The notes beneath the pieces are model-generated. The model did no database searches. It had not been told where the DNA came from and saw nothing but the letters and a program-made list of their open reading frames with translations. From contig NC_043025.1 in assembly GCF_006345805.1 (NCBI RefSeq), positions 6,944,001 to 7,008,000 on the forward strand: 64,000 nucleotides of DNA, given 5' to 3'. Shown here in pieces: positions 39,985-52,105 of the stretch. Positions within the stretch are counted from its first letter, which is position 1, and each line of letters begins with the position of its first letter. Source of the DNA: Octopus sinensis. Lineage: Eukaryota. A program made the translations under genes and the position numbers.

Positions 39985-41010
39985 AACTACATACATACAT
40001 ATATATATATACATATATAAAACATACATACATATATATATATACATATATAACATACATACATAATATATATATACAATATAAACAGACATACATACAT
40101 ATATATAATATATATATATATATAAACATACATACATACATATAGATATATATACATATCTATATATAAACTACATACAATCTATATATTATACATTATA
40201 TATATATAAACATACATACATACATATATATATATATACATATATATATATCTAAACATACATACAACATATATCTATATATATATATATTATATATAAT
40301 ATATATATAAATACATACATACATATATATATAGATATATATATATACATACATATATATATACATATATAACATACATATTATCACATACATATATAAT
40401 ACAACATATACATACATATAATATATACACATATACATACATATAAATATATACACATATACATACATATATATATATACATATATACACATATACATAC
40501 ATATATATATATACATATATACATACATATATACATACATATATATATATATATATACATATATACATACATATATATATATATATACATATATATATAC
40601 ATATATATATACATACATAGACACATACATAAATATATATACATATATATATACACATACATAAATATATACATACATTTATACATACATATATATATAC
40701 ATACATAGACACATACATAAATATATATACATATATATATACACATACATAAATATATACATACATTTATACATACATATACTTACATATATTTTACATA
40801 CATACATATACGTATATACATACATAATATGTACATACATACATATACAAATACATATAATATAATACATATATATATATATGCATACATTATATATACA
40901 TATATATATACATCACATATGTGTGTGTGTGTATGTATATATATAATCTATATATATCTATATTATATATAATATCCATGTATATATACACCATATTATA
41001 CACACACATA
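38600..41010. repeat. 2.4-kb complex (TA)n/(CATA)n field; similar fields at 35590-36130, 37340-37650 and 58190-58930
   Basis: Direct reading; the I/Y/H/T-rich ORFs here are artefacts. Confidence 0.98.
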
Positions 41011-41114
41011 TGCAAACATATATAGGGGAGAATTCACAAAAAAACAAAAGACGAAATCAGGTGGGTGTAGCCAACAAACAGATGTATTAGTTTAACGCTC
41101 GGAAGTGAAAAAGG

Positions 41115-41150
41115 CCTGTAACGTTTCGAGCCTACGCTCTTCCAGAAAGG
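41115..41150 (-). ncRNA. Degenerate family A hammerhead (2-nt deletion in the core)
   Basis: CCTTT CTGGA AGAGC GTAG GCTC GAAACGTT ACAGG; flanks match the element terminus. Confidence 0.5.
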
Positions 41151-41209
41151 AACACATATGTATATGTATACATACATATATACAATATATACATTCTATC
41201 CCACATATA

Positions 41210-41246
<37 letters not shown>

Positions 41247-41387
41247 ATCTATAATAGATATATATATATATATACATTCATACATACATATGCATACATA
41301 CATATACATACATACATGTATGTATGTATGCACACACATGTATGTATATATATGTGTGCATATATATACATATGCATATGTATCTGC

Positions 41388-41418
<31 letters not shown>

Positions 41419-41552
41419 GACAGACATATGCACATATACATATCTGCACACACACACACACATACATATCTGCATATATATATACCTATACACACACACA
41501 AATATATATATATATATACATATATTTATACATACCTATCTGCATATACATA

Positions 41553-42275
41553 TTTTTTTATTTATTTTATTTTTATCTAGTTTCAGCTCACAAGCTGTGG
41601 CCATGCTGGGGCACCGCCATTTGGTGTTGCTACATGATTTTACTTCACGCTTTTACTTCACGAATGCTTTTTAGCATTTGCCATTTGGTCGAGAGAGTTC
41701 GATGCAGCTGCCCTCATCTGCACCTCCTGCAGTGAAGTTGGTTCATCTGGGACACCTGACAAGAAGAGATCCAGTTTTATTTTAAAGACATCTGCATCCA
41801 CCCCATGCAGGTCTCTTAGGTTCTTCGGGAGGATATTGAAGAGCTGTGGGCCTCAGAAGCCCAGGCTATCACAGCATCTTGTCCTACATCTTGATGGCAA
41901 ATTTGGAGTCCTTGGCACTATGCAGTGGCGCCCAGTTCTGGCATTTGTGTAACTCTCGGTGCCAAAGTTTGGGACAAGTCCTTCCAGGATCTTCCAGATG
42001 TATATTATGGCATATCTTTCTCACCTGCACTCTAAGGAATAGAGTCTTAATCTCGAGTTTTTCCCAATAGCTTATATGCTGCACAGAGGCTATCTTCTTC
42101 ATGTACCTTCGTTGGATCGCCTCAAGTTCTGTGATTAACTTGACACTGGATGGTGACCATAGCTGAGAGCAATAGTCAAAGTGGCTTAGGACAAGTGTCC
42201 TTCAGAGGACCATCATGGTTTCCTGGTCTCTTGTTCTAAAGGTTCTAAGAATCCATCCGGTCAGCCGCCTACATT
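41553..42275 (-). mobile_element. 5'-truncated CR1/L2-group LINE 3' end with 3' UTR and (TAAAA)-type tail
   Basis: Reads WILRTFRTRD...LSHFDYCSQLWSP...ELEAIQRR...YWEKL...GPQLFNILP, with stops and frameshifts. Confidence 0.85.
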
Positions 42276-42364
42276 TCATACATACACACACATATATAAA
42301 CACACATATATACATACATCTCTATCTACATATGTATCGATAAGTGTGTGTGTGTTTTATATGT

Positions 42365-42605
42365 CTAGACCCCAACTTTGGAATTAGAAGCTATACCAAA
42401 CCCCTAAACTGGACAGTACTGCATGATACCAAACATCTTGTTTCCCCTGTCTTGAATAAATGGCTGACTACTGCAAGAGTTTGGTTTTCATTGGACCACA
42501 CTTGTTTAACATTTCATCAAACAACCTCCGAGATTTGCAAGGTGTGGATGTGGAGACCTTCAAAAAGCCCCTGGAAAAATTTCTATGTGAAATCCCAGAT
42601 TTCAC
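42365..42605 (+). mobile_element. Older fragment of the same CR1/L2-group LINE family, opposite orientation
   Basis: YCKSLVFIGPHLFNISSNNLRDLQGVDVETFKKPLEKFL aligns with the translation of the 41553-42275 copy. Confidence 0.7.
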
Positions 42606-42698
42606 ATTTGCGTGTGTATATAGAAGTATATATAAATATATATACTTTATTTAAAGCATATTACTCTACCACTGGTATTTGAGTACTCTTTTTTATAA

Positions 42699-42740
<42 letters not shown>

Positions 42741-42749
42741 TAGCAAAAA

Positions 42750-42786
42750 CTGTCCGACGAACAGAATGTGAAACTCAGAGTAACAG
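42750..42786 (+). ncRNA. Family B hammerhead, single copy (core CCGACGA, shortened stem II loop)
   Basis: CTGT CCGACGA ACA GAA TGT GAA ACTC A GAGT A ACAG, directly after (TA)n. Confidence 0.55.
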
Positions 42787-43964
42787 GTTTTGTTGAATTT
42801 TCTGCTGCTTTAAATAAAGCATATTACTCTACCACTGGTATTGGAGTACTCTTTTTTATAAATATATATATGTATATATATGTATATATATAGATACAAA
42901 CATATACATATAATGTATATTTACATATATACACACACACATATCTATATACTTACATACATATATATGTGTAATTTATATATATATATATATATATATG
43001 CACACACACACACACACATTTTTATTATTTTGATTCTCTGTCTGATGAATTTCTTACAGATGTCTTACATGTTTTTTCTATATGTACACTTTTGTAACTC
43101 CTAGTAGGAAATGAAACATGTGTAATGGGGTATAAATAATACTCAAGAATTTTTCCAATCTCTTGTCTGATACACACACTAAACACACATCTATGTATGT
43201 ATATACACATATATCATCATCATGATATATATGTGTATATACATACATAGATATATATACACTCACACATACATATATACATACATACACATATAAAATA
43301 TATGTCCATTCATTCATAATGTATGTGTGTGTCTATATATAGGAGTATCTATATATATTTGTGTGTGTATCTGCAATATGTGTCTGTAAACATACGGAGA
43401 TGCAACCACACTCACATGCACGCATACATGCACACACATCTATGGATAAATGTATGCACATGTATGAGCTGGTTGAGCGCCTGAAGTCAAGAAATTATAG
43501 AAGTATAAAAACCAAATGAAAAAAATTCCCTAACATAAAAATTTCAAAAACAATGCATCAAGTAAAATAGCCATTTAAAAAAAAAAAAAAAACTTAAAAA
43601 AGAAAAATTTTGAAAGAATTTCTATGCTCTTCGGTGAATTAAACATCTTCAGATTTCTGATCCTAAGAGGTTTGTTTATAATAGGTCTTGAAATAACCGC
43701 AATCTTGTTTTTGTTTTTTTGTTGTTTTTTTTTATTATATATTCAAGGGGTGGATTTAGTTTTGTAAAAAAAAAAAAGGAAAAAAAAAGTATGAAGTGGT
43801 ACCCCCAAACGTGGCTATGTTCCACAACTGAAACTCGCCAAATAGAAAAACAATACAATAGTAATACAATAGTGATGATGATGAACATAATAATAATAAT
43901 AATAATAATAATAGACAATAAGAAGACTGTGGTGTAATCTATAATACATTGTTTATTTAACAGC

Positions 43965-44007
43965 TTGAATGATATTTCAACAGATCGGCTCTCTTCTTCA
44001 GGTTCAG
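43965..44007 (-). ncRNA. Degenerate family E hammerhead
   Basis: CTGAAC CTGAAGA A GAGAGCCGATCTGTT GAAATATC ATTCAA; homologous flanks to the copy at 45091. Confidence 0.5.
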
Positions 44008-44016
44008 AATGTAAAA

Positions 44017-44420
44017 TCTCTCTATATATAAACGGCAGTCTGTGTGTCTGTCAGGTTGTACCCTCACCCTGACCACAGCTTTCAACCGATTCTGATGAAA
44101 CTTGACACACACATAGCCCAATGTCATAATTCAAAACTAATGCAGCGGAAATTTTGAAAAGTTCCCCCAGTTCTTATAAAAACCAATAAATTCGACATGG
44201 GGTCGAGAATCTAAGCTTTTTATATGCAACACATTTTCTATTGTAGTTTTCGCAACTTGCAATCGGGAGACAGCTAGGAACATCGTATACACAGAAGTAT
44301 TCGAGTGAAGAGAAGACATTGCAACCTACACATGCGCCTTCATTCCCTAGAGGGAAAGAACTAGATTGGGATTAGTCGTTGCGTACTAGGGGCTCTTACA
44401 TACCCGAGCAATGCTGCTAG
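44017..44420 (+). mobile_element. Non-autonomous Helitron-like element inserted into a family E element
   Basis: A|TC...CTAG|T termini; the first ~200 bp match the 5' part of 21330-21713. Confidence 0.85.
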
Positions 44421-45090
44421 TGAAAAATAAAAACCCACAGAAACATAGAGGTTCAAAATATAAACAGCGAAATCCTGTGTTCCTATTTAGCAAAAATGAG
44501 AATCATCAGTTTTTTTACGTTCATAACTTTTACCTATACTCTTTTACTCTTTTACCTGTTTCAGTCATTTGACTGCGGCCATGCTGGAGCACCGCCTTTA
44601 ATCGAGCAACTCGACCTCCGGGACTTATTCTTTATAAGCCCAGTACTTATTCTATCGGTCTCTTTTGCCGAACCGCTAAGTTACAGGGACGTATACACAC
44701 CAGCATCGGTTGTCAAGCAATGCTAGGGGGACAAACAAAGACACACAAACACACACACACACATACATATATATACATATATACGACAGGCTTCTTTCAG
44801 TTTCCGTCTACTAAATCCACTCACAAGGCTTTGGTCAGCCCGAGGCTATAGCAGAAGACACTTGCTCAAGGTGCCACGCAGTGGGACTGAACCCAGAACC
44901 ATGTGGTCGGTAAGCAAGCTACTTACCACACAGCCACTCCTGCGCCTATATATTTTTCTTTTGTTCTTTTTCCTGTTAGCAGTTATGAAATTGATGTCAT
45001 TTCATCTAAATACAAACACAGGGTTCCCTCGTTTGTATTTTGAATTTCTGTGTCTCTACATTTAAAAAAATTTTTTTTTTAATTTTACAT

Positions 45091-45135
45091 TTTGAACCTG
45101 AAGAAGACGGACAATCTATTGAAATATCGTTCAAA
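45091..45135 (+). ncRNA. Minimal hammerhead, family E (core CUGAAGA)
   Basis: Perfect 7-bp stem I UUUGAAC/GUUCAAA, core CUGAAGA, imperfect stem II, GAA-AUAU-C cleavage context. Confidence 0.65.
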
Positions 45136-46423
45136 CCATTACATAAACAATCTATAACAATTCGCATCGCTCTCCTCTTTTTCTCTGTTTACCTTTGTGA
45201 AGAGTTACATCAATCTTTATAAATTAATAATAATAATAATAACAATAATAATAATGTTTTGAAATTTTGGCAAAACGCCAGAAAATTCATGGGATGGGCC
45301 AAGTCAAACGTATCAACCCCAGTATTCAAACTGGTACTTGTTTTATTGACCCGGTGAGGATGAAAGGCAAAGTCAGCATTGGTGAAACTGAACTCAGAAC
45401 ATAGACACGTAAAATGCCGTTGAGCATTTTGCTGAGAATGCCAATGATTCTGCTGCCTTGATATTAATAATAATAGTAATCCTTTCTGCTACAGGCACAA
45501 GGCACAAAATTTAGGGCGGGGGGGGGGGGGCTAATCAATTACATTCACCCCAATGTGTCAATGGTGCTTATTTCATCACCCCCAAAATGATGAAAGGCGA
45601 AGTCAACCTCGGCAGAATTTGAACTCAGAATGTAAGGACAGACAAAATGCGGCTAAGCATATTTCTTGGTGTGCTAATGATTCTTATTTCTCTATTGCCC
45701 ACAAGGGGCTAAACATAGAGGGGACAAACAAGGACAGACAAAGGGATTGAGTTGATTACATCGACCTCAGTGCGTAACTGGTACTTATTTAATCGACCCT
45801 GAAAGGATGAAAGGCAAAGTCGACCTCAGCGGAGTTTGAACTCAGAATGTAACAGCAGACGAAATACCTATTTCTTTATTACCCACAAGGGGCTAAACAT
45901 AGAGGGGACAAACAAGGACAGACATAGGTATTAAGTCGATTACATCGACCCCAGTGCGTAACTGGTGCTTAATTTATCGACCCCGAAAGGATGAAAGATA
46001 AAGTCGACCTCGGCTGAATTTGAACTCAGAACGTAACGGCAGACGAAATACCACTAAGCATTTCACTCGGTATGCTAATGATTCTGCCAGCTCGCCTAAT
46101 AATAATAATCTTTTCTACTATAGGCTCAAGGCCTGAAATTTGGGGAAGCGGGTGTGCAGAGCTAGTCAATTACATCAGCCCCAGTGCTCCACTGGTATTT
46201 ATTTTATTGACCCCCCAAAAGGATGACAGGCAAAGTCAACCTCAGCGGAATTTGAACACAGAATGTAAAGACGGAAAGAATACTGCTTAGCATTTCGCCT
46301 GTATTGCTTGCAATTCTGCCAGCTCGCCACCCTTACAATAATAATAATGATAATAATAATAATAATAATAATATGATGTAATTGTTTTCAAATACTTATA
46401 AAAATATATATATATATATATAT

Positions 46424-46650
46424 ATGTAGATGTAAAAAAATACAAACTGGGACAAGAACGTAAAACATTTAGAAGACGATACAAAAAACACGGACAGGGC
46501 ATTCGAAGCCTTCAATCTTCAGTCAAGAACCGGATCATCCTAGCAATTTCAGCTGACTGAAGATTGAAGGCTTCGAACGTCCCGTCCGTGTTTTTTGTAT
46601 CGTCTTCTAAATGTTTTACGTTCTTGTCCCAGTTTGTATTTTTCTACATA
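46424..46650. mobile_element. Inverted-arm element (about 90-bp arms, 28-nt spacer) inside (TA)n, with a partial hammerhead core
   Basis: Arms 46436-46525 and 46554-46643; CTGAAGA present but GAAA incomplete. Confidence 0.75.
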
Positions 46651-49136
46651 TAATATATATATAGCAACGTCCGTACCCTCTTTGGCCTCATGTAAGTACA
46701 TGTTTGTGTGTGTGTGTGTGTTTTTCAACATAGTTTCTGAAAAGAAATGCTAGCAAAGATAAAGCAGTTTATAGAGCAATAAATAACACAATTGTTAGTA
46801 ATTTAGTTATACAAGGCCTCCAATTTTTGAAGGGGGAGGGTTAGTTGAAGCCACCGACCCCGCTACTTGACTTGTACTACATTTTCCCTGACCCTAAAGG
46901 AGGAAGGCGAAAGCTAAAGGTGACCAGAGTGGGATTTGAACTCAGAATGCAAAAAACCCGAAGAGAAATGCAACAAGGCATTTCGTTTCAGGCTACAAGG
47001 ATTCTGTGAAAAATCCAACAATAATAATAATAATATTTTTCATTTTCTTTTTTTGTTTGTTCCTTTCTTTCTTTCCGCCCTTTTTTTCTATCACATAACT
47101 TGACTTTAAAATAAGCATAGATTGTTCATTTACAATGGCCTATCAATGTATACAGAGGGCTTTTTTGTCCTAGGTGTTGGGAAGACACTCGGCAAGAAAT
47201 GGAAACAAAATTGAAAGAAGAAGAAAATCTCATAATAATAATCCTTTCTACTGAAGGCACAAGGCCTGAAATTTCGAGGGAGGGGACTAGTCGATTAAAT
47301 CAACACCAGTGCACAACTGGTACTTAATTTATCGACCCCAAAAAGATGGAAGACAAATTCGACTTTGATGGAATTTGAACTCTGGATGTAAATACAGTCA
47401 AAATGCCACTAAGTATTTTGCCCAGCGTGCTAAGGATGCCAGCAGCTCACCTGCTATAGGCAAAAGGTCTGAAACTTTGGAGGGAAGGGATAAAGCAATT
47501 ACATCAACCCCAGTGTGTAACTGGTACCTATTTTATCGACCCCCAAAAGGATGAAAGGCAAAGTCAACCTCAGCCGAATTTGAAATGAAAACATGAAACG
47601 CCACTTATCAATTTGCCTGGCATGATTCTGCCGCTTGCTGCCTCATTAATAATAATAATAATAACATCCTTAAACAACCCTTATCCAGGGACCTTTTGAG
47701 CGGGATGGGTTACTCAACCAGAAAAAAATTCTAACTGGGCCCCACCTGCAAGGTCATGTGCTGTTTATCTTGATATGAGATCACGATGTCGCACACATAT
47801 GGTTGTGATGCATGTGCTTGGTGTACCCTTATCAGACGGGTAGTCATGATGGGTATATTGGGTTTCGTATATTTTACCCCAGTGTCACTTTGATGGCATG
47901 CACTGCTTTCTCACTCAATAATAATAATAATTGGTAGCTGTGATACCAGGGCCGGTGGCATGTAAAAAGCACCATCCGATTGTGGCCGTTGCCAGCTTCG
48001 TCTGGCCCCCGCGCAGGTGGCACGTAAGAAGCACCATCCGATCGTGGCCGTTAGCCAGCCTCGTCTAGCACCTGTGCAGGTGGCACGTAAAAAGCACCCA
48101 CTACACTCACGGAGTGGTTGGCGTTAGGTAGGGCATCCAGCTGTAAAAACACTGCCAGATCAGACTGGGCCTGGCACAGCCTACTGGCTCCCCAGAACCC
48201 AGTTGAACCGTCCAACCCATGCTAGCATGGAAAACGGACGTTAAACAATGATGATGATGATGATGATATTGATGAATAATTTCTTTCAACTATAAGCACA
48301 AGGCCTGGAATTTTGGGGGAGGGGACCAGTTGATTACATTGATCCCAGTGTTTCACTGGTACTTAATTTATCAACCCCCGAAAGGATGAAAGCAAAGTCG
48401 ACCTCGGCAGAATTTGAACTCAGACTGTAAAAATGTCTGGAAGGTTGGTCTTGCATGCACAGCAAAAAAAAAAAAATTAAAATAATAATAATAATAATAA
48501 TTTTGTAAGGAATAGAAATACAAGTCCTTGAAAAAGATGTAATGTGGTTATTGAGCAAAATTCCTATATGAACTGAAAGAACACAACAGACCATATATTG
48601 TAGTTGTTGACGAGGGGTAAAAAACTATGTATTATAAGTGACGTGGTATGTCTATAACGTCAGAGTAGAAAGAAAAGAAGATGAAAAAGCAGAATATTAA
48701 ATTGACTTAGAGTATGAAATCTTCTTTCTTCAAGGGCTGGAAGAAAGAAGTTAACAAAGTCATGACAGTGCTGATTAACCATTAATTAAAAGATACTGAC
48801 AGATTACCAACAAAGATGGCCATATGCACGTCCAAAAATTACGATGTTAAACTCTATAAAGATTCTTAGGACAATGTCACACAGCATTTATTAATAAATT
48901 GGGCACATGTCCCAACCACCCATGACATACTCTCTTTACTCTTTTACTTGTTTCAGTCATTTGACTGCAGCCATGCTGGAGCACCGCCTTTAGTCAAGCA
49001 AATCAACCCCGGGACTTATTCTTTGTAAGCCCAGTACTTATTCTATCGGTCTCTTTTTGCCGAACCGCTAAGTGACGGGGACGTAAACACACCAGCATCG
49101 GTTGTCAAGCAATGCTAGGGGGACAAACACAGACAC

Positions 49137-49173
<37 letters not shown>

Positions 49174-50111
49174 TACGACAGGCTTCTTTCAGTTTCCGTC
49201 TACCAAATCCACTCACAAGGCATTGGTCGGCCCGGGGCTATAGCAGTCACTGACTAGAAAGCTACAGGTTAATTAGGATACTAGGGCTTGCCTACCTATG
49301 CATGAGAAGACCAGGGCTGGTGGATTCTACAGAAGAAACCTTCATTGTTCATCAGAAGAGAAGGTGGAAACAGCAACATATTGTGAGTACTACATCACAG
49401 TTATATTGTAATTAGCATACTAGGGCTTGCCTACCAATGCATGAGAAGACGGGGTCTGGTGGATTCTACAGAAGAAACCTTCATTGTTCATCAGAAGAGA
49501 AGGTGGAAGCAGCAACATATTGTGAGATGCAAGATAAAGTAGGACATCTTGGTTATCCACTGCATCTGTCTCCATCATAAGACCTCTTGACATGGCTGAG
49601 ATTGAGGACATGCAACCCTTTTTCACTTTAAACGCAATCACCATACAAGTCATCAGTCATCTCCAGGATGGCTGGATGGTCCTTGTTGATGGATGGTCCT
49701 TGTGGCTCCGACTGACAAACACGATGATGCCAGAGTGAATAAAAACCAGAGGTTTGGCCTAAATGCTTACTATGATGGTTTGGACTGTGAGAGGCCAGGA
49801 AGGGATGAGGTCTGCTCTACAACATCACAGTTTTATTGTAATCAGCATATTAAGGGGTTGCTGACCTATACATGTGAAAACTGGGTCCAGTGGGCCCTGC
49901 AGAAGAAACCTTCATTGTTCAACAGAAGGGGAAGGTGGAAGCAGCAATGCATTGTGGGATGCAGAGAACAAGATGAAGAAAGTAAGACATCTTGGTCATC
50001 TGCTGCATCTGTGTCCATCCCCAGTTATCTTGACCTGGTCTTGCCACAGGATTGAAGACGGTCATGGATGAGCGAGTGAGATTGACAACGTACAACTCTT
50101 CTTCACTTTAA

Positions 50112-50422
50112 CCCTTTAGCATTTAAACCGGCCATATCCGGCCAAAAATATTCTGCCTGTTTTATGTTCAAACTGGCCATATCTGGCCAAAAGTATTCTG
50201 CCTGTTCTATGTTGAAACTGGCCAGATCTCGCCAAAAGTATTCTGCCTGTTTTATGTTCAAACTGGCCACATCTGGTCCCTCACACCAACCCTACAATAT
50301 CGTTTTAAAAATTAACAGCTACCTCATCAAAATCTCAAAGCTACAAGATGATGCATGATTAGTTCAAAACAATGTAGATGAAGAAGCATTAATTTTGGCA
50401 GAATAATGTGAACACTAAAGGG
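50112..50422. mobile_element. piggyBac-type MITE, second family (TIR CCCTTTAG); many partial copies elsewhere
   Basis: TTAA on both sides and inverted termini; it interrupts an older duplicated sequence. Confidence 0.85.
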
Positions 50423-50954
50423 TTAAACAAAGTCACCATCCAAGTCATAAGTCATCCTTAAAGATGACTATATCATCCTTATCACTCCAATGGAAGAACA
50501 TCTATGAACATCCATCATAATAATATTTAAATAGCCATCATCCGCTAATATGAGTCACAGAGCAAACACTGATGAACTTTTAACAATGAAACCCATTATG
50601 TCAATCTTTCACCCCTCAGCTACCACACAAAGGCCCTTGAGGGACCAACTTCACTTGGACATAACTATATAGTCTTTCAGTCCTAAACAAGTCAATATTT
50701 CATTTGTGGTGAGACACAGTTTACATTTCCTTAGGTAACTATAATCTGCAAATATCAACAAAATAGGGCAAGAGATGACCAAATGCTAATGAATGGTTCA
50801 ACAGCAACGAAACCTTTGACTTTGAACATCATTAAAAATTACCTCCACCCAATTGTATCAAGACTTAGGCATCCATTTCCAAGTAAGTTTTATCTATATT
50901 TTATATATATATAAATGGACGTTAAACGACAACAATATATATATATATGTGTGT

Positions 50955-51205
50955 ATCGTGACGCATATTTGCCATTTGAATATGGCTAACCCCTAAGGGT
51001 GGATTCAGTATTTGTGAAGGGAAGTCGTCCCTTCACAAATACTGAGAGGGCACAGATAGTGTGTCTATAGCCAGCTGGAGGAGATACCTTCCTGGGGCTA
51101 CAAACTACAGTAGCATCCACCCTTAGGGGTTAGCCATATTCAAATGGCAAATATGCGTCACGATGTGTTACCGCTACTGTTTATAACTCGCTCTGAGATT
51201 TACCA
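50955..51205. mobile_element. Family D-related element with an internally deleted inverted arm, flanked by (TA)n
   Basis: About 50-bp inverted repeat (50955-51005 / 51115-51164) plus an internal 18-bp hairpin. The forward part resembles 62500-62620. Confidence 0.7.
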
Positions 51206-51653
51206 TTATGTGTATATATATATATATATATATATTCTTGTCACCTGAATGAATATACACAATAAACTCTGAGAAGGGCGAATACAGAGTGAAATAATTA
51301 ACTGAACTAATATACTCTACTACATGGATTGAGTACACTTTCTTCTGCTTCTACATCCGAATGTGTGTATGTGTGTGCTCATGAGCAGACTCACACAAAA
51401 TATAATACAAATATATAAATATATATGTAAATAGTGTGTTATGGAAGAAAAGAAATAACAATGGCAATATAGTCGGAACATTAAACACCAATAATAACAT
51501 TAAAAACGATAATGAAGTGTTGGAATAGAAATAATTTAGTCCTGATATTTTGGGTAAAAACAACCCTTTTCAAAGGAATAACAAGAGAGAAAAGGAAAGT
51601 ATGCTCTTCAGCTCCAAATTTATATTATTCTTGTATGAGTGTATATATGCACA

Positions 51654-51685
<32 letters not shown>

Positions 51686-51722
51686 CACACTTTATTTAAA
51701 GCAGCAGAAAATTCAACAAAAT

Positions 51723-51760
51723 CTGTTACTCTGAGTTTCTCGTTGCCGTTCATCAGACAG
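51723..51760 (-). ncRNA. Family B hammerhead, left arm (canonical CUGAUGA), sense to PBRM1
   Basis: CUGU-CUGAUGA-ACG(GCAA)CGA-GAA-ACUC(A)GAGU-A-ACAG; GNRA loop, A-A mismatch at the base of stem II. Confidence 0.7.
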
Positions 51761-51783
51761 TTTTTGCTAGATTCTAGCAAAAA

Positions 51784-51821
51784 CTGTCTGATAAACGGCA
51801 ACGAGAAACTCAGAGTAACAG
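51784..51821 (+). ncRNA. Family B hammerhead, right arm (core CUGAUAA, G8A)
   Basis: Mirror of 51723-51760; the single arm mismatch falls at G8. Confidence 0.55.
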
Positions 51822-51926
51822 ATTTTGTTGAATTTTCTGCTGCTTTAAATAAAGCATATTACTCTACCACTGGTATTTGAGTACTCTTTTTTCCACCTTG
51901 TTTCACATTTATGTGTTTACTTACTC

Positions 51927-51971
<45 letters not shown>

Positions 51972-52067
51972 GGGAAGCTTTATGAAAATAAACAAAAGAC
52001 GAAGGCAGGTGGAAAACAAACGAACAATTGTATTAGTATGGCGCTCAGGAAATATAAATAAAACAAG

Positions 52068-52105
52068 TCTTTAACGTTTCGAGCCTACGCTCTTCAACAG
52101 AAAGA
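52068..52105 (-). ncRNA. Minimal type I hammerhead ribozyme, family A (core CUGUUGA, A6U variant)
   Basis: UCUUU-CUGUUGA-A-GAGC(GUAG)GCUC-GAA-ACGU-U-AAAGA: 5-bp stem I, 4-bp stem II, palindromic loopless stem III. Confidence 0.75.

Larger units (their letters stand above)
51690..51930. mobile_element. Family B element: 81-bp inverted arms plus a 3' extension, between (TA)n tracts
   Basis: Arms 51690-51770 and 51774-51854 with one mismatch. The extension catattactctaccactggtatttgagtactc is shared with copies near 29580, 31115, 42655 and 42820. Confidence 0.85.

Noticed and set aside
38577-41735. Long ORFs (up to 294 aa) rich in I, Y, M, C, V, H and T; similar ones at 25811-26586, 35594-36264 and 58085-58881
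   Set aside because: They are translations of (TA)n/(CA)n microsatellites, which lack stop codons in some frames.
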